A stretch of DNA of 64,000 bases, from positions 128,001 through 192,000 of the IMG/VR virus record IMGVR_UViG_3300009709_000001. One strand, 5' to 3'. Shown piece after piece: positions 18,674 through 28,723 of the stretch. This stretch comes from a virus. Lineage: Duplodnaviria; Heunggongvirae; Uroviricota; Caudoviricetes. The notes below the pieces were generated by a model. That model ran no database searches, was not told where the DNA came from, and saw only the letters and a program-made list of their open reading frames with translations. The translations under genes and the position numbers were made by a program. Each line of letters opens with the position of its first letter. The first letter of the stretch is position 1.

Positions 18674-19198
18674 ATGAATTATGCCAAACATTATAGTATC
18701 TTGATTGAAAGAGCAAGAACTCGTGATCTCGAAAGCCATCACATAATTCCACGTTGCATGGGTGGCAGCAATGACTTATCCAATTTGGTAGAACTTACAC
18801 CCGAAGAACATTATGTTGCTCATCAATTATTATCTAGAATGTATCCAGAAAATTTATCATTGTTGCATGCCGCATTTATGATGGCCTCAACAAGAAAGGG
18901 TAATAAGATTTATGGTTGGCTCAGAAAAAGATTTGTGAAAGAAAAAAGTAAATCAATGATGGGTAATAAAAATGGTGTCAATAGTCCCGGAAATACCGGC
19001 ATGAAACATTCCACCGAAACTAGGCAAAAAATTGCTAATGCTAATATCGGTAAAAAACACACCGAAGAAACAAAGAAACTCTTATCAGAAAAGAAAAAGG
19101 GCATCCCGAAAATTAAATCCGAATGCCCCCATTGCAATCGCCTGTTTAGCCCCACCAATATGGCAAGGTATCACGGCGATAAATGTAAATCAAAGTAA
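18674..19198 (+). CDS. HNH homing endonuclease with NUMOD3 repeats
   Basis: HHIIPRCMGGSN...NLVELTPEEHYVAH; KHSTETRQKI and KKHTEETKK. Confidence 0.85.
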   Translation: MNYAKHYSILIERARTRDLESHHIIPRCMGGSNDLSNLVELTPEEHYVAHQLLSRMYPENLSLLHAAFMMASTRKGNKIYGWLRKRFVKEKSKSMMGNKNGVNSPGNTGMKHSTETRQKIANANIGKKHTEETKKLLSEKKKGIPKIKSECPHCNRLFSPTNMARYHGDKCKSK

Positions 19199-20047
19199 TT
19201 CAAGCGCTGTTCCGCAATCTGAACAGTATTTGGCTGTAGCCTTGTTCATGTGACCACAAGTTTCGCATTTCTGCTTCGCTTTAACAGTTACCGGAGCAAC
19301 AACTTGCACTTCACCGGATACGCCAGAAAGGCGAAGAACAATTACATGCGATTGTGCTTCCGGCTTAAAGCCATAAACAGGTGTGAATTTCTGGTCAACC
19401 TTGGATCCTGGTACAGTAATACCGACATCATTTACGGGTGCCGATTGTGCAACTGCTGCACCTTCCGATGCAACATGACTTGTGTAGTCTGCGGCAATAC
19501 CTGCATTCGCTGTTGATGCAGTAATTCCCTTCGATGCACTCTTAGTTACACGGGCAGAACCGGTGCTATACGAAGCATCCAATGATCCGGTGACACTACC
19601 GAGCCATCCGTCTGATCCCATCCTTCTGCTATACGGATAAGATCTGTCCCACCAAATATCACGGTGATAAGTTGTGGTGTAAACTGGAGCTTCTTCTTCG
19701 AACGTAAATTCAACACGGACAACACCGTCATCTACCTTAATGCCGCGTGGACCATCTTCAATCGCAGCAGTACGTTCGATAAATTTAAAGGCATTACCTT
19801 CATTCATGTTACCATTTCGAATGAAGCGCTTCATTTCAACTTCGGAATTTGCATCGACGATAATATCTGTACCGTCTAATACGTTGGTGCCATCAATGTG
19901 CAGACTGAATTTTGCTCGTCTGCTATTGAGGTTTTTGACTAGAACACTAAATTCAGAACCGAACGGTAGCTGAACAATGTCTTTTGTTTCTCTGAGGACC
20001 TTGCCGTTTGCCTTGATCGCGACGACAAATTTGTTTTGATACATCAT
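19190..20047 (-). CDS. hypothetical protein with C-terminal zinc ribbon
   Basis: CETCG...YCSDCG. Confidence 0.7.
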   Translation of the reverse strand: MMYQNKFVVAIKANGKVLRETKDIVQLPFGSEFSVLVKNLNSRRAKFSLHIDGTNVLDGTDIIVDANSEVEMKRFIRNGNMNEGNAFKFIERTAAIEDGPRGIKVDDGVVRVEFTFEEEAPVYTTTYHRDIWWDRSYPYSRRMGSDGWLGSVTGSLDASYSTGSARVTKSASKGITASTANAGIAADYTSHVASEGAAVAQSAPVNDVGITVPGSKVDQKFTPVYGFKPEAQSHVIVLRLSGVSGEVQVVAPVTVKAKQKCETCGHMNKATAKYCSDCGTALELL

Positions 20048-20188
20048 ATTTCCTTCCTTATACCGGCTACCAGTAGGCCGTAAATTTAAAACTGGTTGGC
20101 GTCCACCCGTTGGACTAAAGTATTTATCTCATCCCGAGATCGTACTCAGCAGAAAAGGGCCCGGAGGCCCAATTCAAGTTGCGTTTGA

Positions 20189-20635
20189 TTAGAACGCAAC
20201 TTTTACGCCAGCCGAAACGGTATTGCCGTTATAAGCATTGACACGTGCCTGACCCTTCTGGTAAGCATAGTCACCAACAAGGGCAACATTCTTGGCGAGT
20301 GGGTACGAAACACCAACACCAAACAAACCAGCATAGCCGTCTGCACCCTTCGAAGGATCGATGTAAGCACCGCCGACTTTAACCGCTACGGTTGCACCAG
20401 CAACCTTGGCCACGTCATAAGAACCGACGAGGCTATAACGATTAGTATTCAGCTTGCCATCTGTGGAACGATCGAATGCAGCTTCTGCACCAAGGGCACC
20501 AAACTTTTCACCGACGGTAACGCCAGCGCTGTTCTTGTTGGTTCCGCCATTGTAGCCAACGCGGGCACCAAAGTCAGCAGCGGAGGCCATGCCAGCGGCA
20601 AGAGCCAGGGTTGCGATTAGAGCAATTTTCTTCAT
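20189..20635 (-). CDS. small outer-membrane beta-barrel protein
   Basis: Signal peptide, alternating beta-strand pattern, C-terminal Phe; promoter TTGACA-17-TATAAT at about 20676-20704. Confidence 0.75.
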   Translation of the reverse strand: MKKIALIATLALAAGMASAADFGARVGYNGGTNKNSAGVTVGEKFGALGAEAAFDRSTDGKLNTNRYSLVGSYDVAKVAGATVAVKVGGAYIDPSKGADGYAGLFGVGVSYPLAKNVALVGDYAYQKGQARVNAYNGNTVSAGVKVAF

Positions 20636-20722
20636 TTATTTTCCTTTTTAATTTGCCTTTCTGAGGCAGCTTACGATTATATGCAAAACTTAAACAATTG
20701 TCAAGTTTGGCAGTATTCAAAA

Positions 20723-21067
20723 TTAAATATCGAATTTTCTACCTTTTGCCAAATTTTCTTTTGAAGGCAAATATTGCAAATTTTCTATGACATGAAGACC
20801 ACTTACAAATTCGCCATTTAGTGGAATAATGTGATCGACATGATATCCGATTGGGCAAGATAGATAAAATCTCTCAATTGTATCTAAATCTGACCATGGC
20901 GGTATTCTTTTTAACTTCGCTGCTCGTTCCTTTGCTGACTTGAGTTTAACCTTTTCAGGATATTTCTCTCGCCATTTTCTGTGGCGATCTTTATTTATCT
21001 TCAGATCATTTAATCGTTTTGCAACGATAGCTTCTTCGGGAGTGTGATACTTTCTTGGTCTCGGCAT
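20723..21067 (-). CDS. HNH endonuclease
   Basis: YHVDHIIPLNGEFVSGLHVIENLQ...EN. Confidence 0.8.
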   Translation of the reverse strand: MPRPRKYHTPEEAIVAKRLNDLKINKDRHRKWREKYPEKVKLKSAKERAAKLKRIPPWSDLDTIERFYLSCPIGYHVDHIIPLNGEFVSGLHVIENLQYLPSKENLAKGRKFDI

Positions 21068-21098
21068 AGGTAAAAGAATGGGAGCCGAAACTCCCATT

Positions 21099-21385
21099 GC
21101 TATTTTGGGTAACAAGGCATAACTGCCCCGGAGTGCTGTTAGGCGAATGCGACTTCGGCGTCTGCGAAAGCAGAGAGGTCGAAAGAAGCAAACTCGGTAG
21201 AAACGTTATTTGCGTTTACTTGGTTTGACGATTAACGATCGTTATTCGTGTTGTCTGCCTTGATACTTGCTACACTGTCGATTTCCGGAGGTCCCCCATC
21301 AAAAACACACAGAATGCGCTTTTGGTGGAGGACAGGGGATTCGAACCCCTTTCCAGCCCAGTTTTCTCTAAGCTTCATACAACAA
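21099..21385 (-). ncRNA. ssrA: two-piece (circularly permuted) tmRNA; tag ANNVSTEFASFDLSAFADAEVAFA at 21139-21213
   Basis: Acceptor piece ...GGGGTTCGAATCCCCTGTCCTCCACCA precedes GGGGGAC...TCGAC coding piece; TAAAC|GCA resume site; terminator at 21076-21097. Confidence 0.85.
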
Positions 21386-21425
21386 TAAAATTCAGGCGTT
21401 TGCCTTAGTCCCTATTATGCACTAC

Positions 21426-22094
21426 TTACCACATGATGTCAAAATTCCCACGCATAACCTGCTTAACACTGCCGGATTTGCCTGTAATGTGGTCTTTTAC
21501 AACATCATCTTGGAAACGATAGGTGCGAATTTTATCGCCCCTCATTCCCGAACCAACTTGCGATTTCCTCTCAACAGCGAGGCTAGCTTTCTTGTCTAAA
21601 TAATTTCCTTTTGTTAACTGTTCGATTAACGCCGCTTTAGCCTCTTCTAAACTGTTAACTCTAGACCTATGTTGAGCTGTGGCAATCTGTCCGGTTGGTA
21701 TATAAGTTATTCTACAAGAATTCTGATGCTTATTGCGATGTTGACCACCTGCACCAGTTCCGCTATACCATTCAATCTTAAAATCTTCATCCCTAAGCGT
21801 TAGTGTCGGAATTTCTGGATCGATAATTGCAACGGTTACGGTACTTGTATGAACTCTACCTTTTCTTTCTGTCGGTGGAATTCGTTGTATACGATGCCCA
21901 CCTGCTTCATTTTCAAGCATAGACAAATCATCGCCGATAACTTCTACAAAAACTTCACCGGCTACAGATTTAACTATGCGATTGATTCAGCCTACTCGAT
22001 CGCAATGCTTTTGATATGCAATTGCAAGATCAGATGCAAACAACTTGCTATCTTCTCCGCCTTCGGCTCCACGAATTTCAATTACTCTTTTCAT
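21426..22094 (-). CDS. RF1-like peptide chain release factor lacking domain 1, with in-frame TGA at codon 36 (21987-21989)
   Basis: MKRVIEIRGAEGGEDS...RVG*INR...EAGGHRIQRIPPTERKGRVHTS...GAGGQ...KIRTY; AAGGA SD before ATG 22094. Confidence 0.85.
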
Positions 22095-22677
22095 GATTTT
22101 TCCTTTCTTCAACTAGCCATGGTGCGAGTTTATCTAAACACGCATTCCACGATGGCATACTACCTTTCTCAAATCGTACTGTCAGGGCCCACCTGTCAGT
22201 ATCAGACAAATTTATCGAATGATGAAATACAGTACCGATATTAACTAATATCGGCCCTTTATCCTTTGTTTCATCAATAACGATAGCATCATCTTTCTCC
22301 AATTTAAGAAATGGGGTACTTTTTAGTTCACCATGAACGTGTGCGTCTTTCGGTGTAGTAGGAAATTCTATGCCATCGCGTGGTTTATACCAACGCATGA
22401 CATAATCATCACAAAAAATCCAGTTAATCGCTGCTCGAAATTCACCTACAGCACCATCTGTATGGATAGGCTGCACATCGACATAAGGAGCATGATGGAA
22501 AATCGAAGCACGAACTGGATTTAAATTTATGCTTCGAAAAAAATTTATTAGGGACGGATTTAAAATCTCGTCGGCACTATATTGAAATATTGACTGCTGA
22601 CAATCGCCACGAGGCATTACAAAATCATCTCGAAGCGGTGAAACAGGAATATCTAACAGTGCGTAGTGATCGGACAT
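22078..22677 (-). CDS. 2OG-Fe(II) oxygenase-like protein
   Basis: IHTDG, FHHS and DRW motifs. Confidence 0.6.
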   Translation of the reverse strand: MSDHYALLDIPVSPLRDDFVMPRGDCQQSIFQYSADEILNPSLINFFRSINLNPVRASIFHHAPYVDVQPIHTDGAVGEFRAAINWIFCDDYVMRWYKPRDGIEFPTTPKDAHVHGELKSTPFLKLEKDDAIVIDETKDKGPILVNIGTVFHHSINLSDTDRWALTVRFEKGSMPSWNACLDKLAPWLVEERKNHEKSN

Positions 22678-22829
22678 TGTCCTATTTATGCCATTAAAGA
22701 TGGCATTGCCGGAAGATGACAAATCTTCCTACACGTATTCGAATTTGCGATGCAGCGCAAACCCATGGAAGTGCTAATAACCCCTATCTGTAGTCTGCAA
22801 TGCCAGTTACAGTGTAACAGGTTGCATTT

Positions 22830-23099
22830 TTACTTGCAAGAGAGCAATGCTGCCAAAAGTTCTCGTTCGTAACCGTCTCTTAATTGTGAATCTGCTACAT
22901 AGGCCTTTGCCTTGTCGTAGACTGTATCAGTTGTTTTCAAATTAGGTACATTAAGTGCAGGACGAGATGGAACTTCGGTTTTGCATGCAACTGGGACCGG
23001 TATTTTGACTTCGCGTGTCTCGACACGAATTAATGGTTCTGTGGTTCCACAAGCAGTAAGAAGAAATGTTAGACCAATGATTAGAATATTACGGAGCAT
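22830..23099 (-). CDS. o-spanin (Rz1-like lipoprotein)
   Basis: Lipobox LTAC, Pro-rich, overlaps the i-spanin. Confidence 0.75.
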   Translation of the reverse strand: MLRNILIIGLTFLLTACGTTEPLIRVETREVKIPVPVACKTEVPSRPALNVPNLKTTDTVYDKAKAYVADSQLRDGYERELLAALLSCK

Positions 23100-23496
23100 C
23101 TTTCTTTATCGCCTCATCAAACAATTGGTTAGTTGCAATACAGATAGGAACGCCGTCTGGAGCTTTCTTATTCATGACGTCTTCCGCCTTCTTTTTATAG
23201 GAGACTGCATCCTGTTTTGCTTTAGTCAGTAGTTGTTGATTTTTTGCCAGACGCAAATCGGCATCTTGCTTAAAGGCATCGATTGCTAAATTCTGATGAA
23301 GTATGTCCTCGGACAATTTCTTTACATTTGCCTGGGACGATTGTAGCTGAAAGGTCAGCCCCTTATTTTCTGTTGTTAGTTCAGATTTTTGAAGCTTGAG
23401 AACTTCGGTATGGGCAACTAGTCCAGCCAAGGCCAGCACTAAAAGACCGATTGCGACAGTCCTCCAATTAGCTATCAAAGTCGCGATGATACCCAT
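23089..23496 (-). CDS. i-spanin (Rz-like)
   Basis: N-terminal TM, coiled coil, C-terminal Cys; late motif upstream. Confidence 0.75.
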   Translation of the reverse strand: MGIIATLIANWRTVAIGLLVLALAGLVAHTEVLKLQKSELTTENKGLTFQLQSSQANVKKLSEDILHQNLAIDAFKQDADLRLAKNQQLLTKAKQDAVSYKKKAEDVMNKKAPDGVPICIATNQLFDEAIKKDAP

Positions 23497-23526
23497 AATC
23501 TACTCCTCTGTGTCGTCCATTATTTA

Positions 23527-24099
23527 TCATAAGATGGCGGTAAATAGATGCTGTTCACAGAAGTTTACCGTATGTACACCACAATATTCAAATTTCGACA
23601 TATTCTCTAGAGCAATAGCCTTGATACTATTCGGTGCATGATTATATTTTAGGTATCTTTTCTTGACAAGTTCGGCTAAGCCGTCGCGTGCTTCCACATT
23701 CATGGTAAACGAACATTCTTTGTATCCCATTTTCCTAGCCAATTCCATCTGTAATCGAAGTATATAGGCAGTATGAATTGGTTTCTTCACTTTTTCGATC
23801 TTCGAAAATAGTCTAACCAGTACAAGAAACATACCTGTGTCTTCGGCTACCCTTGTTGATAGGAAAAACTGAAATTCATTATCTAAATATCCAAAATAGA
23901 TCGAAGTTAAACGATTGTTACGCAGAAGATATCCTAGACTTGCAGGATTATCATCCATTGCATAGTTTTCTTTATAGGTTTCTCTTGCATTCTGTTCGAC
24001 ATATTTTCCAACACGGTCGATAACTTCAGCACTATAGGGTGGAAAGTGTTCCTCCACCCTAACAACACCATATTCTGTATCGTAGATATATTCAATCAT
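23527..24099 (-). CDS. hypothetical protein, possibly GNAT-like
   Basis: ORF with ARKMGYK segment. Confidence 0.45.
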   Translation of the reverse strand: MIEYIYDTEYGVVRVEEHFPPYSAEVIDRVGKYVEQNARETYKENYAMDDNPASLGYLLRNNRLTSIYFGYLDNEFQFFLSTRVAEDTGMFLVLVRLFSKIEKVKKPIHTAYILRLQMELARKMGYKECSFTMNVEARDGLAELVKKRYLKYNHAPNSIKAIALENMSKFEYCGVHTVNFCEQHLFTAIL

Positions 24100-24595
24100 G
24101 CCAAAAATTGATTAATCGAGCAGCAATATCCTTCACTTCGTATGAATGAATCACTTTGCTCGGATAAAGAGTATATTTGTCAATAACTTCCGGTAGTTCA
24201 AATATGATATTTCCAGCAGAATCATGCAATCGAAGTATACTTCCACAACCGGTAAGATTTACAATGGTAGTCTTCTGACTACGCTTAGGTGAATTATCTG
24301 TATGTGGGTGTATCATTGAGTTAGGTGCAATATAGAATGCATTTGCATTATCGAACTCAAAGTCAACACATTCTCTAATCTGTGTTAATTCCGATTCAGT
24401 GAAATCAAAGATACAACCAACGTAGTGTTCTTCATCGTAATAATTCTGATACGAAGTTATGTCACTTGCATTAACTCGAAATCTGTAATGCAATTGGTTT
24501 GGTACTTTTTCGAGCCATCCATGCACAGGAACACCATTCAATTGTGTTCTTTCCATTGCTTCGTCGAAGATTTTAAGCAATGCCGAGATGTTCAT
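24092..24595 (-). CDS. 2OG-Fe(II) oxygenase-like protein
   Basis: PHTD, IHS and R. Confidence 0.6.
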   Translation of the reverse strand: MNISALLKIFDEAMERTQLNGVPVHGWLEKVPNQLHYRFRVNASDITSYQNYYDEEHYVGCIFDFTESELTQIRECVDFEFDNANAFYIAPNSMIHPHTDNSPKRSQKTTIVNLTGCGSILRLHDSAGNIIFELPEVIDKYTLYPSKVIHSYEVKDIAARLINFWHD

Positions 24596-25133
24596 AAACT
24601 ATTTTCTTCCATTCGTCCTGTAAATCCGAGCAAGTTAATACAATCCTCGGGGAATTATTGGACATATTCATTACTGTGTGCCATTGTTCGACATTATAGT
24701 AGACTGGTGAATCATCAATGACTGTATGTCTATCCAATTCTACACAATTATCATCATAGAACCCAACATAGGATAACTTCGGCAGATACTTGATTGGAAA
24801 ATTAAGTGCAATCGCTCGTGACTCCCTATGGATATAAACTCGGGTCAGTGGATTTGTCTTAAATAACCATGCCGACTCGGATTTAATTCCAGCAAGTTCC
24901 ATTTCTGCAGGATTTAACCGATATGCATACACAACCTTCGCAAGATATTCTCTAACTCGTGTCGGGTCAGTATCCTCGGCAGCATCTATTGCGTTGAATT
25001 CGAAGCCAAACTTATCTCTTTTCTTTAGTACTCGAATACTTTCCCACAATCTCTCTTTAATGACATAATCAGCCAAGCCGTTAACATAATCCTTGTTAAT
25101 AGATATTTCGGGAAACTCTTTATAAAACATCAC
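24573..25133 (-). CDS. 2OG-Fe(II) oxygenase-like protein
   Basis: IHRE, WHTV and PR. Confidence 0.55.
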   Translation of the reverse strand: MMFYKEFPEISINKDYVNGLADYVIKERLWESIRVLKKRDKFGFEFNAIDAAEDTDPTRVREYLAKVVYAYRLNPAEMELAGIKSESAWLFKTNPLTRVYIHRESRAIALNFPIKYLPKLSYVGFYDDNCVELDRHTVIDDSPVYYNVEQWHTVMNMSNNSPRIVLTCSDLQDEWKKIVYEHLGIA

Positions 25134-25897
25134 AACTCCTCGAATTCTGAATCAAAGCTTTCATAGAGCTTATCTAACTTAATCTTACCGTCAATATAAA
25201 TCACGCCACGTAAGAATCCAGTCTCTAATACTCCGTGTCGCATATCAATTTCATTGATACAGAACATCTTGTTACCGGCACCGTACTTCACAATCTCATT
25301 ATTGTCAAATTTGAAATACGAGTTACCGTTATTCATATCGATTGTTGTAATCGGAATCTTACAGGCATAGTATTCCTGTGCCTTATGCATATTCACATCA
25401 ATCGATTCTTCAAACGGACCCAGCTCAAGTGGCTTGCGCTGGAAATAATGCCCTGGTACGATTACTTTGTTGTAGGTATTACCATACATCCATTCCCTAT
25501 GAAAAGGAACAATGGAACCTACATTAGTGACCAATACAGTTACTCGGGTAATATACTCGTAAATGTCCGAAAGCTTCTCTACTTCTGGTCTAACTAAGGC
25601 GGCTAATGGATTATCAATCCAATACCAATTTAGATTCGGGTTAGCACGGTTGATATAGATAAAATCATCGTAGTCATGTTCATCAAACCCATTCTTAACT
25701 GGTGCATCTTTCTGGTATGCATTAGGATCATTCATATCAAACGTCCTTAAATGAAGTAGCTTCATACATGCAGGCTGATCGGGGCCATGTATCAATGGGT
25801 GATCTTCACCCTCATACCGCATACCATCGATAATCGCACATTGCGTTTCGAAGCTTATGGTCTGCTTCAATTTAAATCCGTATTTTCTATCAATCAT
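25130..25897 (-). CDS. 2OG-Fe(II) oxygenase-like protein
   Basis: PFHRE, RHGV and R. Confidence 0.55.
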   Translation of the reverse strand: MIDRKYGFKLKQTISFETQCAIIDGMRYEGEDHPLIHGPDQPACMKLLHLRTFDMNDPNAYQKDAPVKNGFDEHDYDDFIYINRANPNLNWYWIDNPLAALVRPEVEKLSDIYEYITRVTVLVTNVGSIVPFHREWMYGNTYNKVIVPGHYFQRKPLELGPFEESIDVNMHKAQEYYACKIPITTIDMNNGNSYFKFDNNEIVKYGAGNKMFCINEIDMRHGVLETGFLRGVIYIDGKIKLDKLYESFDSEFEEL

Positions 25898-26672
25898 TTT
25901 TCTTTAAGACCAGGTAATAGTAAGGTGCAAAGTCAAAATTGACCATACACATTACCGAATTTGCATATCCATCGGAAATAAATCGAAGTTTACCATGTAT
26001 TTCCTTTTCTACTGTAGATAATGCATCGTAGTTAGGTTTTCCGAACCCAAGCCATCCGAATTTACGCACAATGGTAAAGCCATGTTGTGACAATTTCTCT
26101 GTAATCTCCGAAATGGTGTATTCGTGATCGTGATAATCTTCTAAAATCTTACCAGTTGTAGGATTCGGGGCCGAAACAATCAACATTCCATTATCCTTCA
26201 ACACTTCGTGAGTATAATCTAAAAGATAATCGAGTGCAGACTCGTCGATATGTTCAATAAACTGTTGCATAAGGACAACGTCAGGATCACAGGGTAAATC
26301 CAGCATACGAACGTCGTGGTTATTTGCGTCAAAATGGCGGATTTTGTGCCCTTTGCGTGAGCCAGCGTCTACGTAGGCGTCTGTAATTTCCAGACCCGTG
26401 TAATCTAGTGTTTTTTTGCCTGGGAGATAATAATTGGTATCCCAGGCTGCTTTAAAAGATGCACAACCACAACCAAAATCTAGAACTACCGGCTCAGTAG
26501 CGGGGCAATGAAACTGAATTAGATTACAGGTAAGCATATAACGCATAATCGATGCATTAACAAACCCGCTATTGGCAGTCAACATCGATTGTTCTAGTCT
26601 TTCAAACACTTCTTTCGATCCATCGATCTGATAAGAAGGGTTAGAAGTACCTGTTGGTGTGAATTTATCCAT
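25890..26672 (-). CDS. class I SAM-dependent methyltransferase
   Basis: VLDFGCG, FIEH and LKDNGMLIVSAP. Confidence 0.8.
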   Translation of the reverse strand: MDKFTPTGTSNPSYQIDGSKEVFERLEQSMLTANSGFVNASIMRYMLTCNLIQFHCPATEPVVLDFGCGCASFKAAWDTNYYLPGKKTLDYTGLEITDAYVDAGSRKGHKIRHFDANNHDVRMLDLPCDPDVVLMQQFIEHIDESALDYLLDYTHEVLKDNGMLIVSAPNPTTGKILEDYHDHEYTISEITEKLSQHGFTIVRKFGWLGFGKPNYDALSTVEKEIHGKLRFISDGYANSVMCMVNFDFAPYYYLVLKKND

Positions 26673-27240
26673 AATAATCGTAGATTACCTTACAACCATA
26701 GAAGTCCCTGACTTCTTCTAAACTAACATCGTTGCAATGTTCCAAGACAATGAAAAGCCATATACTCTGATCAGTATCTGGAACAATGATCTCGTGTGGA
26801 AGGGTGCAAGAATCGAAACGCAACACAAAGTCTTCAGATAAGCTAATGTTCGGCGGTGCGGTACGACGATAAAAATTGAAGGTTACATCATCTTTGCCCA
26901 AAAATACCTTCTTACCGATTGTAATTGTAGGTAAAGCCGTCTTTGGTAGATGGATATGCTTCCGTAAACCATATGTCTTGCTATTCTCCGAGAAGATACA
27001 AGTACCGATCTTATACTCAAGTCCGGGCATCACCGGAATACTATAGGTTGAAAGATCCTTTGTGGTCGATCGAATAGAGAATTTCTCTATTACAGAATGA
27101 ATTGCTTCGGTAGTAATGAAATCGTCGGTCTTAAAATGAGATAGAAATACATCTTCCCTAGGAATATAAGTTTGCAGTGTATCTATATCAGCAAATGCTT
27201 CGGCTTTTGTGTCATAGGTAGGTATTTCTAATCTTTTCAT
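26665..27240 (-). CDS. cupin-like hypothetical protein
   Basis: HIH and FDS..PH pattern. Confidence 0.45.
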   Translation of the reverse strand: MKRLEIPTYDTKAEAFADIDTLQTYIPREDVFLSHFKTDDFITTEAIHSVIEKFSIRSTTKDLSTYSIPVMPGLEYKIGTCIFSENSKTYGLRKHIHLPKTALPTITIGKKVFLGKDDVTFNFYRRTAPPNISLSEDFVLRFDSCTLPHEIIVPDTDQSIWLFIVLEHCNDVSLEEVRDFYGCKVIYDYYG

Positions 27241-27970
27241 ATATAAGGTCTTTCAAAATTGCGTGTCCATCTTCGAGGATGTGTCCAGTCTTGCCTTTTT
27301 TCAGGTGTGACATGCTATCCACGGCATTGAACTCGTCAAACACAATCCATTTACTGGTATCTATCTCGCTTAGCCTGTTTAGATATTTAGTGAAGTGCTT
27401 GATCGTGTTTTCTTTATCAGTATATCCCGTCTCATCTATAAGATTAGGGATTAAAGGAGCCATTTGTACGAAGATATACTTAGCATTCTTCGATTTTAGG
27501 AAGTCCTGTAGTTCAATTACCTCTTCCTGGAAGTCATTGAGTGCTCGTTCCATAGTTAAACCATCTCTGTAGTCAAGATATGCCCATCTCTGAAACTCAG
27601 TATCGTAAATCGTTGGTACTCCGTCTTCCTTTAATTGTAAAACCGACTTAGGAAAATAGAATTCCTTCTGCATTAGGTTAATAAACCTCTTCTTTGTCGG
27701 GTCCCACACCTCTCTCAGGGTTGCTTGAGGTATTCCTACCACAACTAAGTCAGGTTGTATCTCGTCATACTCTAATTTGATGCGCCTGATCATAGTTTGA
27801 AGTGAGCTCATTGGATAAGAACTGTTTACAACCTCTAGACCTAATGCTTTTCCGAGCAACCCTGCGAAATTATACGTCTCACGGTGCTCTCTCATGCTCA
27901 GACCGGACCCATTAGGAACCAAATCCATACCATAGCAGGTAGATTGGCCGATAACATACAGGGTTTTCAT
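27212..27970 (-). CDS. SGNH-hydrolase-like protein
   Basis: GQSTCYG, PDLVVV and GHILEDGH. Confidence 0.55.
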   Translation of the reverse strand: MKTLYVIGQSTCYGMDLVPNGSGLSMREHRETYNFAGLLGKALGLEVVNSSYPMSSLQTMIRRIKLEYDEIQPDLVVVGIPQATLREVWDPTKKRFINLMQKEFYFPKSVLQLKEDGVPTIYDTEFQRWAYLDYRDGLTMERALNDFQEEVIELQDFLKSKNAKYIFVQMAPLIPNLIDETGYTDKENTIKHFTKYLNRLSEIDTSKWIVFDEFNAVDSMSHLKKGKTGHILEDGHAILKDLIYEKIRNTYL

Positions 27971-28716
27971 CTATTTGCCATCCTTCTTAGGGTAGGTGGA
28001 CCGATCATCTTACCATCTATGCTGGAAACACCATTAAAGGTAGTAACATCGACAGGGGCAACTGTATAAATCTCATTGATCGTATCCAAATGTGTCGGAT
28101 GAATGCAGAATGCCGCCTTAAACCCCAGTGACTTGGAGCGCAGGCAGTTCTTTCGTAGCCCCTCAATGGACAAATCTGTAAAGTCACTGGCGTATCCAAT
28201 ACAATAGGTCTTTAACATGGCACAACCAAGCACTGCCTGTGATGCATACGCCAACATCGCCTCCTCGGTGGGCATAATTCCGAGCTCTGCACTTAGATCT
28301 TCAGCTCCGAAGATGATTCCACAGATGTTTTTAATCTTCGAGAATGCTTCGTGCATGTAGTATAGACCGGAAGGTGTCTCAACAATCGGAATAATGTTCA
28401 TCTCTTCGAGTTGACCCGGTGATAACTTATGATCATTATCAAATTTTGGATACATAATGTTCTTGATCCCGAGTTCAAGGATGACTGCCATGTCATCATA
28501 GTATCCAGAATCGGAATTGATACGAACAAAGACATGCGGATGGTCTTTATAAATCTCAATCGCGGCTGCAAGATTTGCTCTTGCTTCGGGCTTGAGTACA
28601 TCCGGGACTGCATCTTCCAGGTCGAGGACTAGGGCATCCGCCTTGTGCATAACCTTCTTGTAGACGGGACGGTCATACTTGTTCATTGGAATGAATAAAA
28701 CTGATCTGAATCTCAT
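27967..28716 (-). CDS. CitE/HpcH-HpaI family (citrate lyase beta-like) protein
   Basis: RSVLFIP, LDLEDAV, VRIN, IVET, FGAEDL and CIHP. Confidence 0.85.
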   Translation of the reverse strand: MRFRSVLFIPMNKYDRPVYKKVMHKADALVLDLEDAVPDVLKPEARANLAAAIEIYKDHPHVFVRINSDSGYYDDMAVILELGIKNIMYPKFDNDHKLSPGQLEEMNIIPIVETPSGLYYMHEAFSKIKNICGIIFGAEDLSAELGIMPTEEAMLAYASQAVLGCAMLKTYCIGYASDFTDLSIEGLRKNCLRSKSLGFKAAFCIHPTHLDTINEIYTVAPVDVTTFNGVSSIDGKMIGPPTLRRMANR

Positions 28717-28723
28717 AATCTTC

